Positions 30,113 through 40,104 of a stretch of 64,000 nucleotides of DNA are shown here, one piece after another. The stretch lies in the NCBI GenBank assembly GCA_027451365.1, contig DAIDJN010000011.1:1-64000 (forward strand). Reading direction: 5' to 3'. Within the stretch, counting starts at the first letter, position 1. The number at the start of each line of letters is the position of its first letter. Under the pieces are notes generated by a model. It had not been told where the DNA came from. It did no database searches and saw nothing but the letters and a program-made list of their open reading frames with translations. Position numbers and translations under genes: made by a program. This DNA is from Phycisphaerales bacterium (lineage in GTDB: Bacteria; Planctomycetota; Phycisphaerae; WQYP01).

Positions 30113-30385
30113 ATGACACCTACGGAAGCGAAGTTGATCGACATTCTTACACAAGGCTTGAAATTGCGGCTGGACCCGGCGATTCCGGTCACTCCTAAAA
30201 CCGCTATTTTCGGCAAGGTCGACGGATTAGGACTTGATTCAGTGGATGTGCTGGAAGTGGCCGTCCTGATTGACAAACATTTTGGCGTGGTTCTTGAAGA
30301 CAACAATGACGATGTGCGCGCCGCGATGACCACAATCGGTTCGCTCGCCGGATATATCGATTCACATTCCGCCGCCCGCGGCTGA
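30113..30385 (+). CDS. Acyl carrier protein (aryl-polyene-type)
   Basis: IFG..DGLGLDSVDVLE phosphopantetheine site; small acidic protein. Confidence 0.85.
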   Translation: MTPTEAKLIDILTQGLKLRLDPAIPVTPKTAIFGKVDGLGLDSVDVLEVAVLIDKHFGVVLEDNNDDVRAAMTTIGSLAGYIDSHSAARG

Positions 30386-30398
30386 GGGTGCCTGCACG

Positions 30399-30842
30399 AT
30401 GCCTGCCAGTTCAATGGTTCCTGCTTTCCCGATGCTTTTGCGGCCATCCGGCGCAATTCTTTATCGGCTGCGGATGAAATCCGATACGGAATGGCAAACG
30501 GACGGCCGCATTTCCGCCGTGGCCGTTTTCGCCGCCAGTCACGCCGGCTTTCAGGGCCATTTTCCCGGCCGGCCTATTTTGCCGGGCTTTCTCCACATTC
30601 AACTTGCGCTTGATATATTACGTATTTTCGAACCCCAGGCGGAATTGACCGCCATTCTTTCCGCTAAATTTCATTATCCGATTTTGCCCGGGGCGGAAAT
30701 TCAGATCGACAATTGCCGCCAATTGTACAATCAGGCCATCGCCAAACTGCAAATCGGCGAGGAATTGGCTTCCAGCGTGGAATTTCAGTTTTACACGGGG
30801 TCTGCGCCTGTGCCCGCGGCCGTGGTCCTCCAGACATCATAA
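30399..30842 (+). CDS. FabA/FabZ-like hotdog dehydratase (ApeI-like)
   Basis: FQGHFPGRPILPG and KFHYPILPG motifs; true start may be further downstream. Confidence 0.75.
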   Translation: MPASSMVPAFPMLLRPSGAILYRLRMKSDTEWQTDGRISAVAVFAASHAGFQGHFPGRPILPGFLHIQLALDILRIFEPQAELTAILSAKFHYPILPGAEIQIDNCRQLYNQAIAKLQIGEELASSVEFQFYTGSAPVPAAVVLQTS

Positions 30843-31756
30843 AAATTTCCCCACTGATACGGATATAGTCGGACGATTCGCTCCAGATCCGCGACATAGT
30901 CTTTCACTGCCTGTTTTAGCAGTTGGTCACGTCCGGGGCCGGAGGCCAGGTCATATTTTCGCGGCATGGAAGCGTGCATCTGATATGCGCGATAACCCGT
31001 GCGAACGGTAAAAGCGGTAATCACGCTGGCACCGGACAATAGGGCCGCCATAAAAGGGCCGGCCGGCAGTTGCATGGGCCTGCCGAAAAAATCCGCGACA
31101 ATGGCCCGGCCCTGCATGGGCCGGTCGGCGCGAATGGCGACCAGATCGGCATTTTTCAATGCCTTCATTACCCGAATTCCGGCCGAAATCGGATCTGTCG
31201 AATTGATCCAGTCAATATCCGCCAACGATTTCCATTGGTCGCGATGAAAATGCTCTGTGGTATCGCGCATGTCCCGATACACCACAAAATGCGCCTTTCT
31301 GCCCTGCCCGATGTGTTTAAGCATCGGGGCCGACATTTCCGCCGCGCCAAAATGCGCAGTCAGCAGCAAGATGCCCTTTTCCCGCGGCAAGTCGCGCCGC
31401 CAGGCGTCGCCGGTGGCCGATGAAACCTTGAACCTGCCGCGGGAATCGGCCAGGGACACGCTCCTGTCCAAAAGCATTTTGCCATATAGATTCATATGAT
31501 ATAACGTATCGCGCCAGGATACGGGTCGCGGGCGATCCCGCAATACGCAGGACAGAAATCCACGACTTGCCCGCCGCGCCCGCCGGTCGGTCAGCCAGAA
31601 CCAGATGACCGCGGCCGCTACAGCCCCGTAGCCCAGCGGCAAAAATATACCGCCCAGGCGCAGCATGAAGAAATTCGCCTTGTATCCGCAATGATGCCGC
31701 AGGCGAATTCGCCGCATGGCAGGCACTGTCTTGGACGGTTCTATAGGCAAAAGCAT
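30791..31756 (-). CDS. LpxL/HtrB-family (lipid A/lysophospholipid) acyltransferase
   Basis: GILLLTAHFGAAE, ADR, FFG..LPAGPF and YPYQWGNFYDVW. Confidence 0.85.
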   Translation of the reverse strand: MLLPIEPSKTVPAMRRIRLRHHCGYKANFFMLRLGGIFLPLGYGAVAAAVIWFWLTDRRARRASRGFLSCVLRDRPRPVSWRDTLYHMNLYGKMLLDRSVSLADSRGRFKVSSATGDAWRRDLPREKGILLLTAHFGAAEMSAPMLKHIGQGRKAHFVVYRDMRDTTEHFHRDQWKSLADIDWINSTDPISAGIRVMKALKNADLVAIRADRPMQGRAIVADFFGRPMQLPAGPFMAALLSGASVITAFTVRTGYRAYQMHASMPRKYDLASGPGRDQLLKQAVKDYVADLERIVRLYPYQWGNFYDVWRTTAAGTGADPV

Positions 31757-31857
31757 TGCTCCGCTGTGATTGGTGCCGTGGACAAACTCGCCAAAAGCCG
31801 GTGGCCGGCACCTCCACCCGCCTGGCGAACAATCCGCGTGCCGCCGCTGGCCCGGCG

Positions 31858-33759
31858 TTACCCGGCGTCACCGGGCGGCAAATCGGGTGATTCCGCCCCG
31901 GCCTCCGAAGCCGTGGAGTCGCGCCCGTCCGCAGTGGGCGGTGCATCTCCTAGGTCCGTTCCAACTCTCGTGGTGCCGCCCACAGGAATAATCAGACTGA
32001 AACTCGCTCCCTTGCCTGGCGAACTGACCAGTTCAATCTGACTGTTGAGCATTCCGGCAAGTTCGCGGCTTATTGCCAGTCCCAAGCCGGTGCCGCTGTA
32101 TTCGCGCGTCACCGAAGCGTCCAGTTGACGGAATTTCTCGAAAATCTCCTCCTGGTGGTCTGGACTGATCCCCGGCCCCGTATCGATTACGCTTAATTTT
32201 ACTCGGTCGGCCGCGGCCATGGACACTTCGAGACGAACCTGTCCGTCGGCCGGAGTAAACTTGATGGCGTTGGACAGAAAATTGTAAAGAATCTGCTGAA
32301 GTCGTCCGGGATCGGTTGTAATTAGAGGAATCGGTCCATTGACATTCAATGATAATTCAATTCCCTTTTTATGCGCCAACGGCCGCATAAAATTCATAAG
32401 CGATTCGCACACATCCGGCGGATTGACGCGTTCCATACGCAAGACCAGCTTGCCGGCCTCAATTCTGGCCAAGTCCAGCAAGTCATTAATGAGTTCAAGA
32501 AGTTGCCGGGCACTGGTTTGAATATTTTCCACATACCGCACCATGCGCGGTTCCCCGGCTACTTGCGGATTACCGGAAAGCAGCTCCGCAAATCCGATAA
32601 TGGCATTCAGCGGAGTCCGCAATTCGTGGCTGACATTCGTGAGAAATTCACTCTTCACACGGTTCGCCTGAAACAGATCCACATTTGACTGCGCCAATTC
32701 GCCCACGCGGGTATCCAAGGATCGATTGGTCGCCTCTAATTGATCCTGCGACGCCTTCAAAGTCGCCAGCATAGTGTTAAATGTTTCTGACAACTGCTGA
32801 AATTCGTCCCCCGTTGAAATGGCGGACCGAATGTGCAAATCTCCCTGTGCCACTTTTTCCGCAGTATTTTTCAGTACCCGCACCGGCTGAAGAATAAGTC
32901 GCGTGGTAATCAGATAAAATACAATAATCGCAAGAAAACCACCTATGATGCCCGATATCACGATGACCACATGGTTCAGCAGAAGTTGATCTTCATCAAT
33001 GTGAACCGGCATATCCACACGCACCACCCCCACCAAAGGGTGAATATCGGAACGTTGAACCACTCCGGAGGCCGTTGCCGGCTCGGAACGCGAAGGGTTT
33101 GCGTGAAACCAGCTTTCCCATTGCGCATGGCAGCGCACACACGATTGCGTGGCACGCACCGCCGCAGCATATTGATAGACCGGCCGTTTTTTAAAAAGAT
33201 TCTTCAACTGACCATATTGCCGCCGCCGGGGGTGCCTTAGAAATTCCCCAATCGCCACGCGGGTAACCAATCCTGCCCCATGCGGTGCCGAACCGGGGCG
33301 GCTCATGACCACGATTCGCGGTTGCGGATAGTTTAAACCCGCAAGGTGAACACTCGCCCAGCGCTGTGCAGGAGTTTGAACTGGCGACACAACCGTCTTT
33401 CCAGGCGCACTCCCACCAGGTCCCGCCGACTGTAGAATCCCGCCGGTCCGTGTACCCGTTACTTTTTCCGTCGCCGCTGCGGCCGTTGGCGCATTGGCAA
33501 CCGGGCTGGTAGCGATTTTTGTTGCAGACTGCGCTGGCGCTTTGCCCGGCGCGGTCGATACCGGCCGTGCCTGATGAATTTGCCGCAGGGCCATATCGGC
33601 GGCTACGCGCGCTTCATAAAACGGTTCACGATTCGCCAACTGTTCCATTCGCTGCCAGGGGAACATCAGAGCGCCGGCGATAATCACCAGCACAGCGAAC
33701 CCGAACAGGAGCTGGCATTTGGCTGCCAGTGAAATTGTAACTTCACGTTTCTTGGCCAT
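31858..33759 (-). CDS. Membrane sensor histidine kinase with periplasmic CxxCH (DUF3365-like), HAMP, HisKA and HATPase domains
   Basis: CVRCH between two TMs; DEFQQLSETFN HAMP; SHELRTPLNAIIGF; NFLSNAIKFT, DTGPGI and GTGLGL. Confidence 0.92.
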   Translation of the reverse strand: MAKKREVTISLAAKCQLLFGFAVLVIIAGALMFPWQRMEQLANREPFYEARVAADMALRQIHQARPVSTAPGKAPAQSATKIATSPVANAPTAAAATEKVTGTRTGGILQSAGPGGSAPGKTVVSPVQTPAQRWASVHLAGLNYPQPRIVVMSRPGSAPHGAGLVTRVAIGEFLRHPRRRQYGQLKNLFKKRPVYQYAAAVRATQSCVRCHAQWESWFHANPSRSEPATASGVVQRSDIHPLVGVVRVDMPVHIDEDQLLLNHVVIVISGIIGGFLAIIVFYLITTRLILQPVRVLKNTAEKVAQGDLHIRSAISTGDEFQQLSETFNTMLATLKASQDQLEATNRSLDTRVGELAQSNVDLFQANRVKSEFLTNVSHELRTPLNAIIGFAELLSGNPQVAGEPRMVRYVENIQTSARQLLELINDLLDLARIEAGKLVLRMERVNPPDVCESLMNFMRPLAHKKGIELSLNVNGPIPLITTDPGRLQQILYNFLSNAIKFTPADGQVRLEVSMAAADRVKLSVIDTGPGISPDHQEEIFEKFRQLDASVTREYSGTGLGLAISRELAGMLNSQIELVSSPGKGASFSLIIPVGGTTRVGTDLGDAPPTADGRDSTASEAGAESPDLPPGDAG

Positions 33760-33893
33760 GCCCTATCAGTTTAAGCGGTCGGCCCGTAAGCCGCACGCGC
33801 TCCGATATTTTCGCATCTTTTTCGGCCATGCCTTTATACACATCACCGCTTGCCGCATTGTGATGACCGCCCTAATCCCAAAAGCTTGAGCCC

Positions 33894-34775
33894 CTATCGA
33901 CCGCCATATTTTGCGCGGACAAAACGAGCCAGAGCGGTTTGCCAGTCACCCATGCGGTCCAGACCGAGCGTGCGCAGTCGCGCGTTATCCAGCACGCTGT
34001 AATTCGGCCGAATGGCTGGCGCGGCGAACGCACCACTCGAAACCGCCTGAACGGGTACTTGAAACCCCGCAAGTTTTAAGGCCAATGCGGCAAATTCATG
34101 CCACGAACAGGCCCCATGCGACACCGCATGATACAATCCCGGTCCTGGTTGAACCCGCACAATTTCCAGCAGTTGAGCCGCCAATTCCTCGGTTGCCGTC
34201 GGTGCCACCATCTGGTCGCTTACCACTCGCAGCGGCTTGCCCGCCCGAGCCGCCGCGATCATCGTGTCCACAAAATTCAGCCCCCCCTTGAGCTTGCATC
34301 CCGCCATTCCGAACAGACCACAGGTGCGCACCACATAGCCGAACCGGGGCGCATGGGCCAAGGTCATCATATCCCCGCCGTAACGAGTCACCGCGTAGAT
34401 GCTTTTAGGTTGGGGCCGCGCTGTTTCCGGCAGCGGTTTATTGTCCGGAGCACCTTCCATCACATAATCCGTCCCCACCTGAATCAGCACGATTTTGGCC
34501 GACTCGCACGCCCGCGCCAGCCCGGCCACCGCAAGCGTATTCACTCGATAGGCTTCTTCCGGTTCCTTTTCACATAAATCAACGTTATGAAACGCGGCGG
34601 TGTTGATCAGCACAGCCGGACGCACATTACTTAAAAACTCCGCTACCGCGCCGTGATCCGCTATGTTCAGTTGACTGCGACCCGTAACGGCCGCAACCTC
34701 AAACGTGGCCTTTTCCGCCGCCTTTACCAGGTCCACGCCCAGTTGTCCTGTAGAACCAATAATTGCAAGTTTCAT
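33894..34775 (-). CDS. rfbD: dTDP-4-dehydrorhamnose reductase
   Basis: GSTGQLG, NTAAFHNVDLCE, TDYV, VVSDQ..APT and RPNYSVLDN. Confidence 0.9.
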   Translation of the reverse strand: MKLAIIGSTGQLGVDLVKAAEKATFEVAAVTGRSQLNIADHGAVAEFLSNVRPAVLINTAAFHNVDLCEKEPEEAYRVNTLAVAGLARACESAKIVLIQVGTDYVMEGAPDNKPLPETARPQPKSIYAVTRYGGDMMTLAHAPRFGYVVRTCGLFGMAGCKLKGGLNFVDTMIAAARAGKPLRVVSDQMVAPTATEELAAQLLEIVRVQPGPGLYHAVSHGACSWHEFAALALKLAGFQVPVQAVSSGAFAAPAIRPNYSVLDNARLRTLGLDRMGDWQTALARFVRAKYGGR

Positions 34776-34964
34776 TCATCACTCCTTGAATGGGGAAATT
34801 CCCGCTGGCTAATGCGCCCACCAGCCATTGTTTCGCCGCTATTCAGAACGGACAATATAACCAATAGCCAAATATTTGCCGCATCGATTGCGACTAAAAA
34901 AACGGGCGGCTGAATATAATCAGCCGCCCGCGAACGAAACGCTTCACACTTCAACCCTGTCGGG

Positions 34965-37568
34965 CTACCGAGTCTTCAATCGCAGAATGGTGAAGGAACG
35001 GGCCGGGAAAGTAAACTTAAACTGCGGGCCGGCCACCGCAAATTTACCAATCTTCGGGCTGACATGCCGCGGATCAGCTAGACTGTTTCTAGCGGCGAAG
35101 TGGTCCGCTGTCAGAATTTCCGCTTGGCCGGTGCCCGCCAGGGCCGCAATACCCGTGAGATTCAATTCCGCCGCGACCGGTGCGATGGTGCCATTCACCA
35201 CTTTGATAATGACAGTTTTGTGGCTCGCGGACAGTCCGGCAATTGCCGTGAATCGCGCGGACGCGGGCGATTTATCCTGAACTTTTTCGATCAATTTGCC
35301 GTCCAGATAGCATTTGATGTCATAGCCATGCAGCACAATTTTGATCGTATACCATTGATTTTTATGCACATGGGCCGGTAAGGATGGCCCCAGAATCTGC
35401 TGCTGTTTCTGAACCGCGGTCCTTGTGTTGCCCCATCCGCCGATATTCCACCAGATATTTCGATGGAAGATAATCAGGAAGCCTTCGTTGCCACTTAGTT
35501 TTTTCGCCTTCAGCGTCAGGGTGTAATTGCCCAGATGCTGAAGTGCGGCAAGGTTCAATATCGACGTGCAATTGGTTTTAATGCTGCTCTGCCGATATGC
35601 TTTCCCCGCTACCGACCAGTTCCCGCGGGCCCTTTTCCAATGCCTGGAGCCGTTGGCAAAATCGGACGAATAAATCGTTTTGCCGCCCGCTTTAACCACA
35701 ATATCCTTATATTCCGACACTGTCGCCCACGTGCCCACGCCAATGGTTCCATGGCTCGGCGGAGGCTGAACCACCGCCATGGGATGGGATAGCGTCAGCG
35801 GCAGCATGACCGCCGGACGGTTATCGGAATACATCTGCTGGACGTAATACGACGGCGTTCCGCAAACACGCGAAGAATCAAATTCAATTAAGTCCGGGTT
35901 CCAGCCCCGGTAGTGTACGTTCACAAACAGCGGTGCATAAGAGGCCATTTTAACAAGGTCAGAATTTCTCTCCAGGCCCGCCATGAATGCGGCTTCGCCC
36001 AGTGCCGCGCGAAGTTCATAGCCCGCACCGCCGGTCACGGCATATTCACCCACAAACACTTTCGGGCCGCTGCGGGAACGCTGGTCGTACATATGGCGAT
36101 GAGCCCAGAACCATGCGGGCGAATTATAAAAATGTTCATCCACCATTTGAATATGGGCATGACTTAACTTTGGATATCCGGTGTAAATTGTGTGCAGGTC
36201 CGGATAGGCCCTGTGAAGGGCGCTGTAAAAGAGTTTATATCGCTTCGGATAGCGGTTGCTAAGTTGCCACCAGTCTTCATTGCCAATTTCCACGTACTTC
36301 AGACCAAATGGCTTAGGGTAGCCATCCTTGGCGCGCACCGCGCCCCATTTGCTGCTGACCGGGCCATTGGCATATTCCACGGCGTCCATGGCGTTCTGAA
36401 CCCAGCGGCCCATATCCTTCATGGGAACCACATCATTGGCACCCAGTGAAAGCCCGCAATTCACATCGAACAGCGGGGCGGCCTTGAGTTTGTCGCACAA
36501 ATTCAGGAACTCGGCAAACCCCAACTCATCCGTTGACCAATAACCCCACGAGTCATCCAAATGACCTGGACGCATCGAATTCGGTCCGATGGTCCGTTTC
36601 CACCGGAATCCGTTGGCCAGCACATTTCCTTCAATGTAATTGCCACCCGGAAACCGCATGAATGATGGATGCAAGGCCTTCAACATTTTCACCAGCGCCG
36701 GGCGGAAGCCGCCATCGGCCAGCGCCTTGGCGGAAAACAGATTCGCCTGTGTGATGTAAAGGCTGCCGCTGCCCATGGAAATAAACGCCAGTTGCCCGCT
36801 TGGATCATTTTTGGACGGCGTCAAGGAAACTGTAAATTTTTTCCATGTACGGGAAATGCCGGAAACGGTCTTCTCCGCCAATATCATTCCATCCGTTCCC
36901 AGAAGTGCAACTTTCATAGTCGGACTCATTCCCGGGCTCCGACGGCTGTAGACGGTCAAACGATATGCCACGCCCTTATGAAAGTTCATCCCCCAATATC
37001 CGCTGTTAATCAGTTCGGCATTGGCGGGAACTTTGTCATTGGTCAAGCAATCCAGCCGAATCGCTACCGGGTTTTCCATATTCAACGGATGGCTTAGATC
37101 CAGGAGCAGTTGGATATTACCCGGAGTACCGTTAGCAAGTGACCAACTGACCGGTTGCCCATTGGCACCAAGGGCCTTTAACGTTGGGTTATTGACCAAT
37201 TGTCCCCACAGGCCGCCCTCACCGGCATAATTAATTTCCTCAAAAAAGATGCCCCATAGCGTGGGGCTTACTTGAATGCCAGGCTTATTGACTGCGATGT
37301 TCATTGTGACGGCGGCGGCGGCCTGCGCCCGCGCGTCAACCGCATTCCAGCCCATCCCAGACACCAGCGCCGCCAGCGGCAGCACCGCGGCCAACGGGCG
37401 AAGCAGAAAACGGCATAACCGGCTTTCAAAAAGGACCGCGAAAAGGGAAAACACCATCGCTAAAACTCCGCCAAAAATAAATTTTCCGATTTTAGAGACT
37501 CTGGACATGTGCCGGCATGAAATCGTCTCTTCCTTGGCGATAATATGGCGGTATACGAAAAGCAGCAA
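34965..37568 (-). CDS. Exported GH51 alpha-L-arabinofuranosidase
   Basis: WGIFFEEINYAGEGG, RFPGG, EIGNE, VGEYA and MASYAPLF; start uncertain. Confidence 0.9.
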   Translation of the reverse strand: MLLFVYRHIIAKEETISCRHMSRVSKIGKFIFGGVLAMVFSLFAVLFESRLCRFLLRPLAAVLPLAALVSGMGWNAVDARAQAAAAVTMNIAVNKPGIQVSPTLWGIFFEEINYAGEGGLWGQLVNNPTLKALGANGQPVSWSLANGTPGNIQLLLDLSHPLNMENPVAIRLDCLTNDKVPANAELINSGYWGMNFHKGVAYRLTVYSRRSPGMSPTMKVALLGTDGMILAEKTVSGISRTWKKFTVSLTPSKNDPSGQLAFISMGSGSLYITQANLFSAKALADGGFRPALVKMLKALHPSFMRFPGGNYIEGNVLANGFRWKRTIGPNSMRPGHLDDSWGYWSTDELGFAEFLNLCDKLKAAPLFDVNCGLSLGANDVVPMKDMGRWVQNAMDAVEYANGPVSSKWGAVRAKDGYPKPFGLKYVEIGNEDWWQLSNRYPKRYKLFYSALHRAYPDLHTIYTGYPKLSHAHIQMVDEHFYNSPAWFWAHRHMYDQRSRSGPKVFVGEYAVTGGAGYELRAALGEAAFMAGLERNSDLVKMASYAPLFVNVHYRGWNPDLIEFDSSRVCGTPSYYVQQMYSDNRPAVMLPLTLSHPMAVVQPPPSHGTIGVGTWATVSEYKDIVVKAGGKTIYSSDFANGSRHWKRARGNWSVAGKAYRQSSIKTNCTSILNLAALQHLGNYTLTLKAKKLSGNEGFLIIFHRNIWWNIGGWGNTRTAVQKQQQILGPSLPAHVHKNQWYTIKIVLHGYDIKCYLDGKLIEKVQDKSPASARFTAIAGLSASHKTVIIKVVNGTIAPVAAELNLTGIAALAGTGQAEILTADHFAARNSLADPRHVSPKIGKFAVAGPQFKFTFPARSFTILRLKTR

Positions 37569-37904
37569 GTAAATTGGCGAAATTTTATCCGGTGGAAGAA
37601 TCCGACCGCCGCTATCTTAACATCAGAAATCGACGCGCGGTGGGTTGCGGCGAGGTGCCGCAGGAGTGAACGAGGGCGGTATATAGACATACCGGTGCAC
37701 GCTATCGAAAAAGAAGCAAATGCCCGGAAAATGGGATTATTTTGGCCAATTTCCATAAAAATCGGTCAAAATCCCAACTCACAGCCATTTACGGTTTACT
37801 TTTTCACCGCATATTTCGTATAATAGTCTGTAGCGGATGGATGATTGCCAGTTCCTTTAGCGTTTATGATATGGCCTCCACAGCCGCTTCAAGAGGTAAC
37901 GATC

Positions 37905-38204
37905 ATGATTCATATTGTCGCGCAGATTCCAGTTATCCCGTCAGCCTCGTTTTTGAATATGTTTGAAGGGGCGGATTGGATTATCGTTCTGGTTATTGCC
38001 CTGTTGATTTTCGGCAAACGGTTACCAGAGGCAGCGCGTGGCATCGGAAGATCCATATCGGAATTCAAAAAAGGCTTAAGCGCCACCAAAGATGACATCA
38101 ACACCGCGGTCAACGAAGAACCCGCTCCACCTCGGACCACCATGGCCGCTCCGCAAAACCCCAGACAAATCAAGCAAGTTACCAGCACCACAGAGGAGCC
38201 ATAA
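37905..38204 (+). CDS. tatA: Twin-arginine translocase TatA/E
   Basis: IVLVIALLIFGKRLPEAARGIGRSISEFKKG. Confidence 0.9.
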   Translation: MIHIVAQIPVIPSASFLNMFEGADWIIVLVIALLIFGKRLPEAARGIGRSISEFKKGLSATKDDINTAVNEEPAPPRTTMAAPQNPRQIKQVTSTTEEP

Positions 38205-38520
38205 AATTGCAGGACGGTGTACCCCCCTACAACGATTTAAGCATTTCAACACACTCCCATTTCCAAGCCTAAACGCGCGCCGCCGTTATTAGCCGGTCCG
38301 CTGTATTGCTTCAATCGAAAATGGAGAAATGAGCCACCGGGGGAAAAGAGAATATGATGGATGCGTGTGATGGAGCATTCGCTTCGCCAGATTGCCGCCA
38401 CAATTTACCCCCAGCACTTTTAAGGCCGCCCGCAATCGCATATACTCCGTCGCGTTGGCGGCTTATGCGGGGCCGGCGTAACGGCCCCTCGGATGCCCAA
38501 CGTAATTTGGAGCATTAAAC

Positions 38521-39753
38521 GTGTCAGTTAAAGGCAATGCAGTGATCGGCCAGTCAGGCGGTCCAACCGCGGTTATTAATCAGTCGCTCGTCGGCGTCAT
38601 TGAAGAGATGGCACATCATAGCCAGATCGGAAAAATATTAGGAGCTCGCCACGGTGTGCGAGGAATTTTGAATGGAGACTTTGTCAGTCTGAATAATCTC
38701 TCCACGGACCTCCTGGAACAGGTGGCACAAACACCCTCCAGCGCATTGGGGTCCACACGGGACAAGCCCGACCACGATTACTGCGTAAAACTTCTGGAAG
38801 CTTTCAAAAAGCACGACGTTCAGTATTTCTTTTACATCGGTGGAAACGACTCCGCCGATACTGCCCGCATTGTTGCGGAAATGGCCGCGCAGGCGAACCA
38901 TCAACTTAGCGTTTACCACGTTCCGAAAACCATTGACAACGACCTTCGCACCACCGACCACTGCCCGGGTTATGGATCCGCAGCGCGTTTTGTCGCGCTG
39001 GCCGTCATGGGAGATGATCTGGACAACCGGTCGCTTAAGGGTGTCAAAATTGATGTCATCATGGGTCGCGATGCCGGCTGGCTGACGGCCGCGTCAGCGT
39101 TGGCCAGACACGACGAAATGGACGGTCCGCATCTTATTTATGTTCCCGAAGTGGACTTCAGCGAAGATAAATTTTTGTCCGATGTGGACCGCGTGTACAC
39201 CAAACTCGGCCGCTGTGTGGTTGCCGCCAGCGAAGGCATTCGCTTCAAAGCCGGTGATAAAAATTCACTGGTAACGGAAAAAGCCGTTCAAGGCGGCGAA
39301 GTGGACGCACATGGCAACAAGCAGCTTTCGGGTACCGGCGCGCTGGGCGATTACCTTTCCGATCTGGTCAAAAACAAATTAGGCGCCCAACTGCAGAAAA
39401 CTGTTGGCGCAAAAATGCGGGTCCGCGCCGACACCTTCGGCTATTTGCAGCGCAGCTTCCCCACCATCGTCAGTCCATCAGATGCGTCAGAGGCTCGCCT
39501 TTGCGGTCGCATGGCCGTTCGCTATGCGATTGCCGCGCCCGATGGACTTACCAGCGGATCGGTGGCGATGCGAAGAGTCAGCGAACAGCCGTATAAAATT
39601 GAAACCTTTCCCACCCAGTTGACCAACGTAGCCCGTCAGACCAAACCGCTGGAGACACAGTGGGTGGTCAACGGCTGCGATCTGGCTCCGGCCTTTGTTA
39701 AATATGCCCGGCCGCTGGTTGGCCCGCTGCCGATTCCGGGCCGTCTTATTTGA
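38521..39753 (+). CDS. 6-phosphofructokinase, probably PPi-dependent
   Basis: GQSGGPTAVIN, IGGNDS, PKTIDND and MGRDAGW; GTG start after GGAG. Confidence 0.9.
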   Translation: MSVKGNAVIGQSGGPTAVINQSLVGVIEEMAHHSQIGKILGARHGVRGILNGDFVSLNNLSTDLLEQVAQTPSSALGSTRDKPDHDYCVKLLEAFKKHDVQYFFYIGGNDSADTARIVAEMAAQANHQLSVYHVPKTIDNDLRTTDHCPGYGSAARFVALAVMGDDLDNRSLKGVKIDVIMGRDAGWLTAASALARHDEMDGPHLIYVPEVDFSEDKFLSDVDRVYTKLGRCVVAASEGIRFKAGDKNSLVTEKAVQGGEVDAHGNKQLSGTGALGDYLSDLVKNKLGAQLQKTVGAKMRVRADTFGYLQRSFPTIVSPSDASEARLCGRMAVRYAIAAPDGLTSGSVAMRRVSEQPYKIETFPTQLTNVARQTKPLETQWVVNGCDLAPAFVKYARPLVGPLPIPGRLI

Positions 39754-40104
39754 TTTCACGGGAACAGGACTATCCGCCACGCACCGGAATTCGGATTGTC
39801 AAATTCGCCCCGGGCGCGATAAATTGCGCCTGTCGCGTATTGGGTGTGCCCAAAGAAGCCAACCCCCGCTTTTTGCTGGGCAAAATAGATGACCGCAATC
39901 TGTCAGACTGGCCCGAAAACGCCGTTTTCGGCGGGAATAAAAGTACTGTTAATAATTCAGCTTGGCAAACAGGTCGGCAGCGCGGATGATACTTGGGCCG
40001 GGCGCAACTGGCCCGAACTGTCTGCCGGAAGCCAAAGGAATGGTTCGGTCCAAACGCGGGCAGGCCATTGCCATGGCATAGTTCAGATTCGGAGCAATTC
40101 ACCT

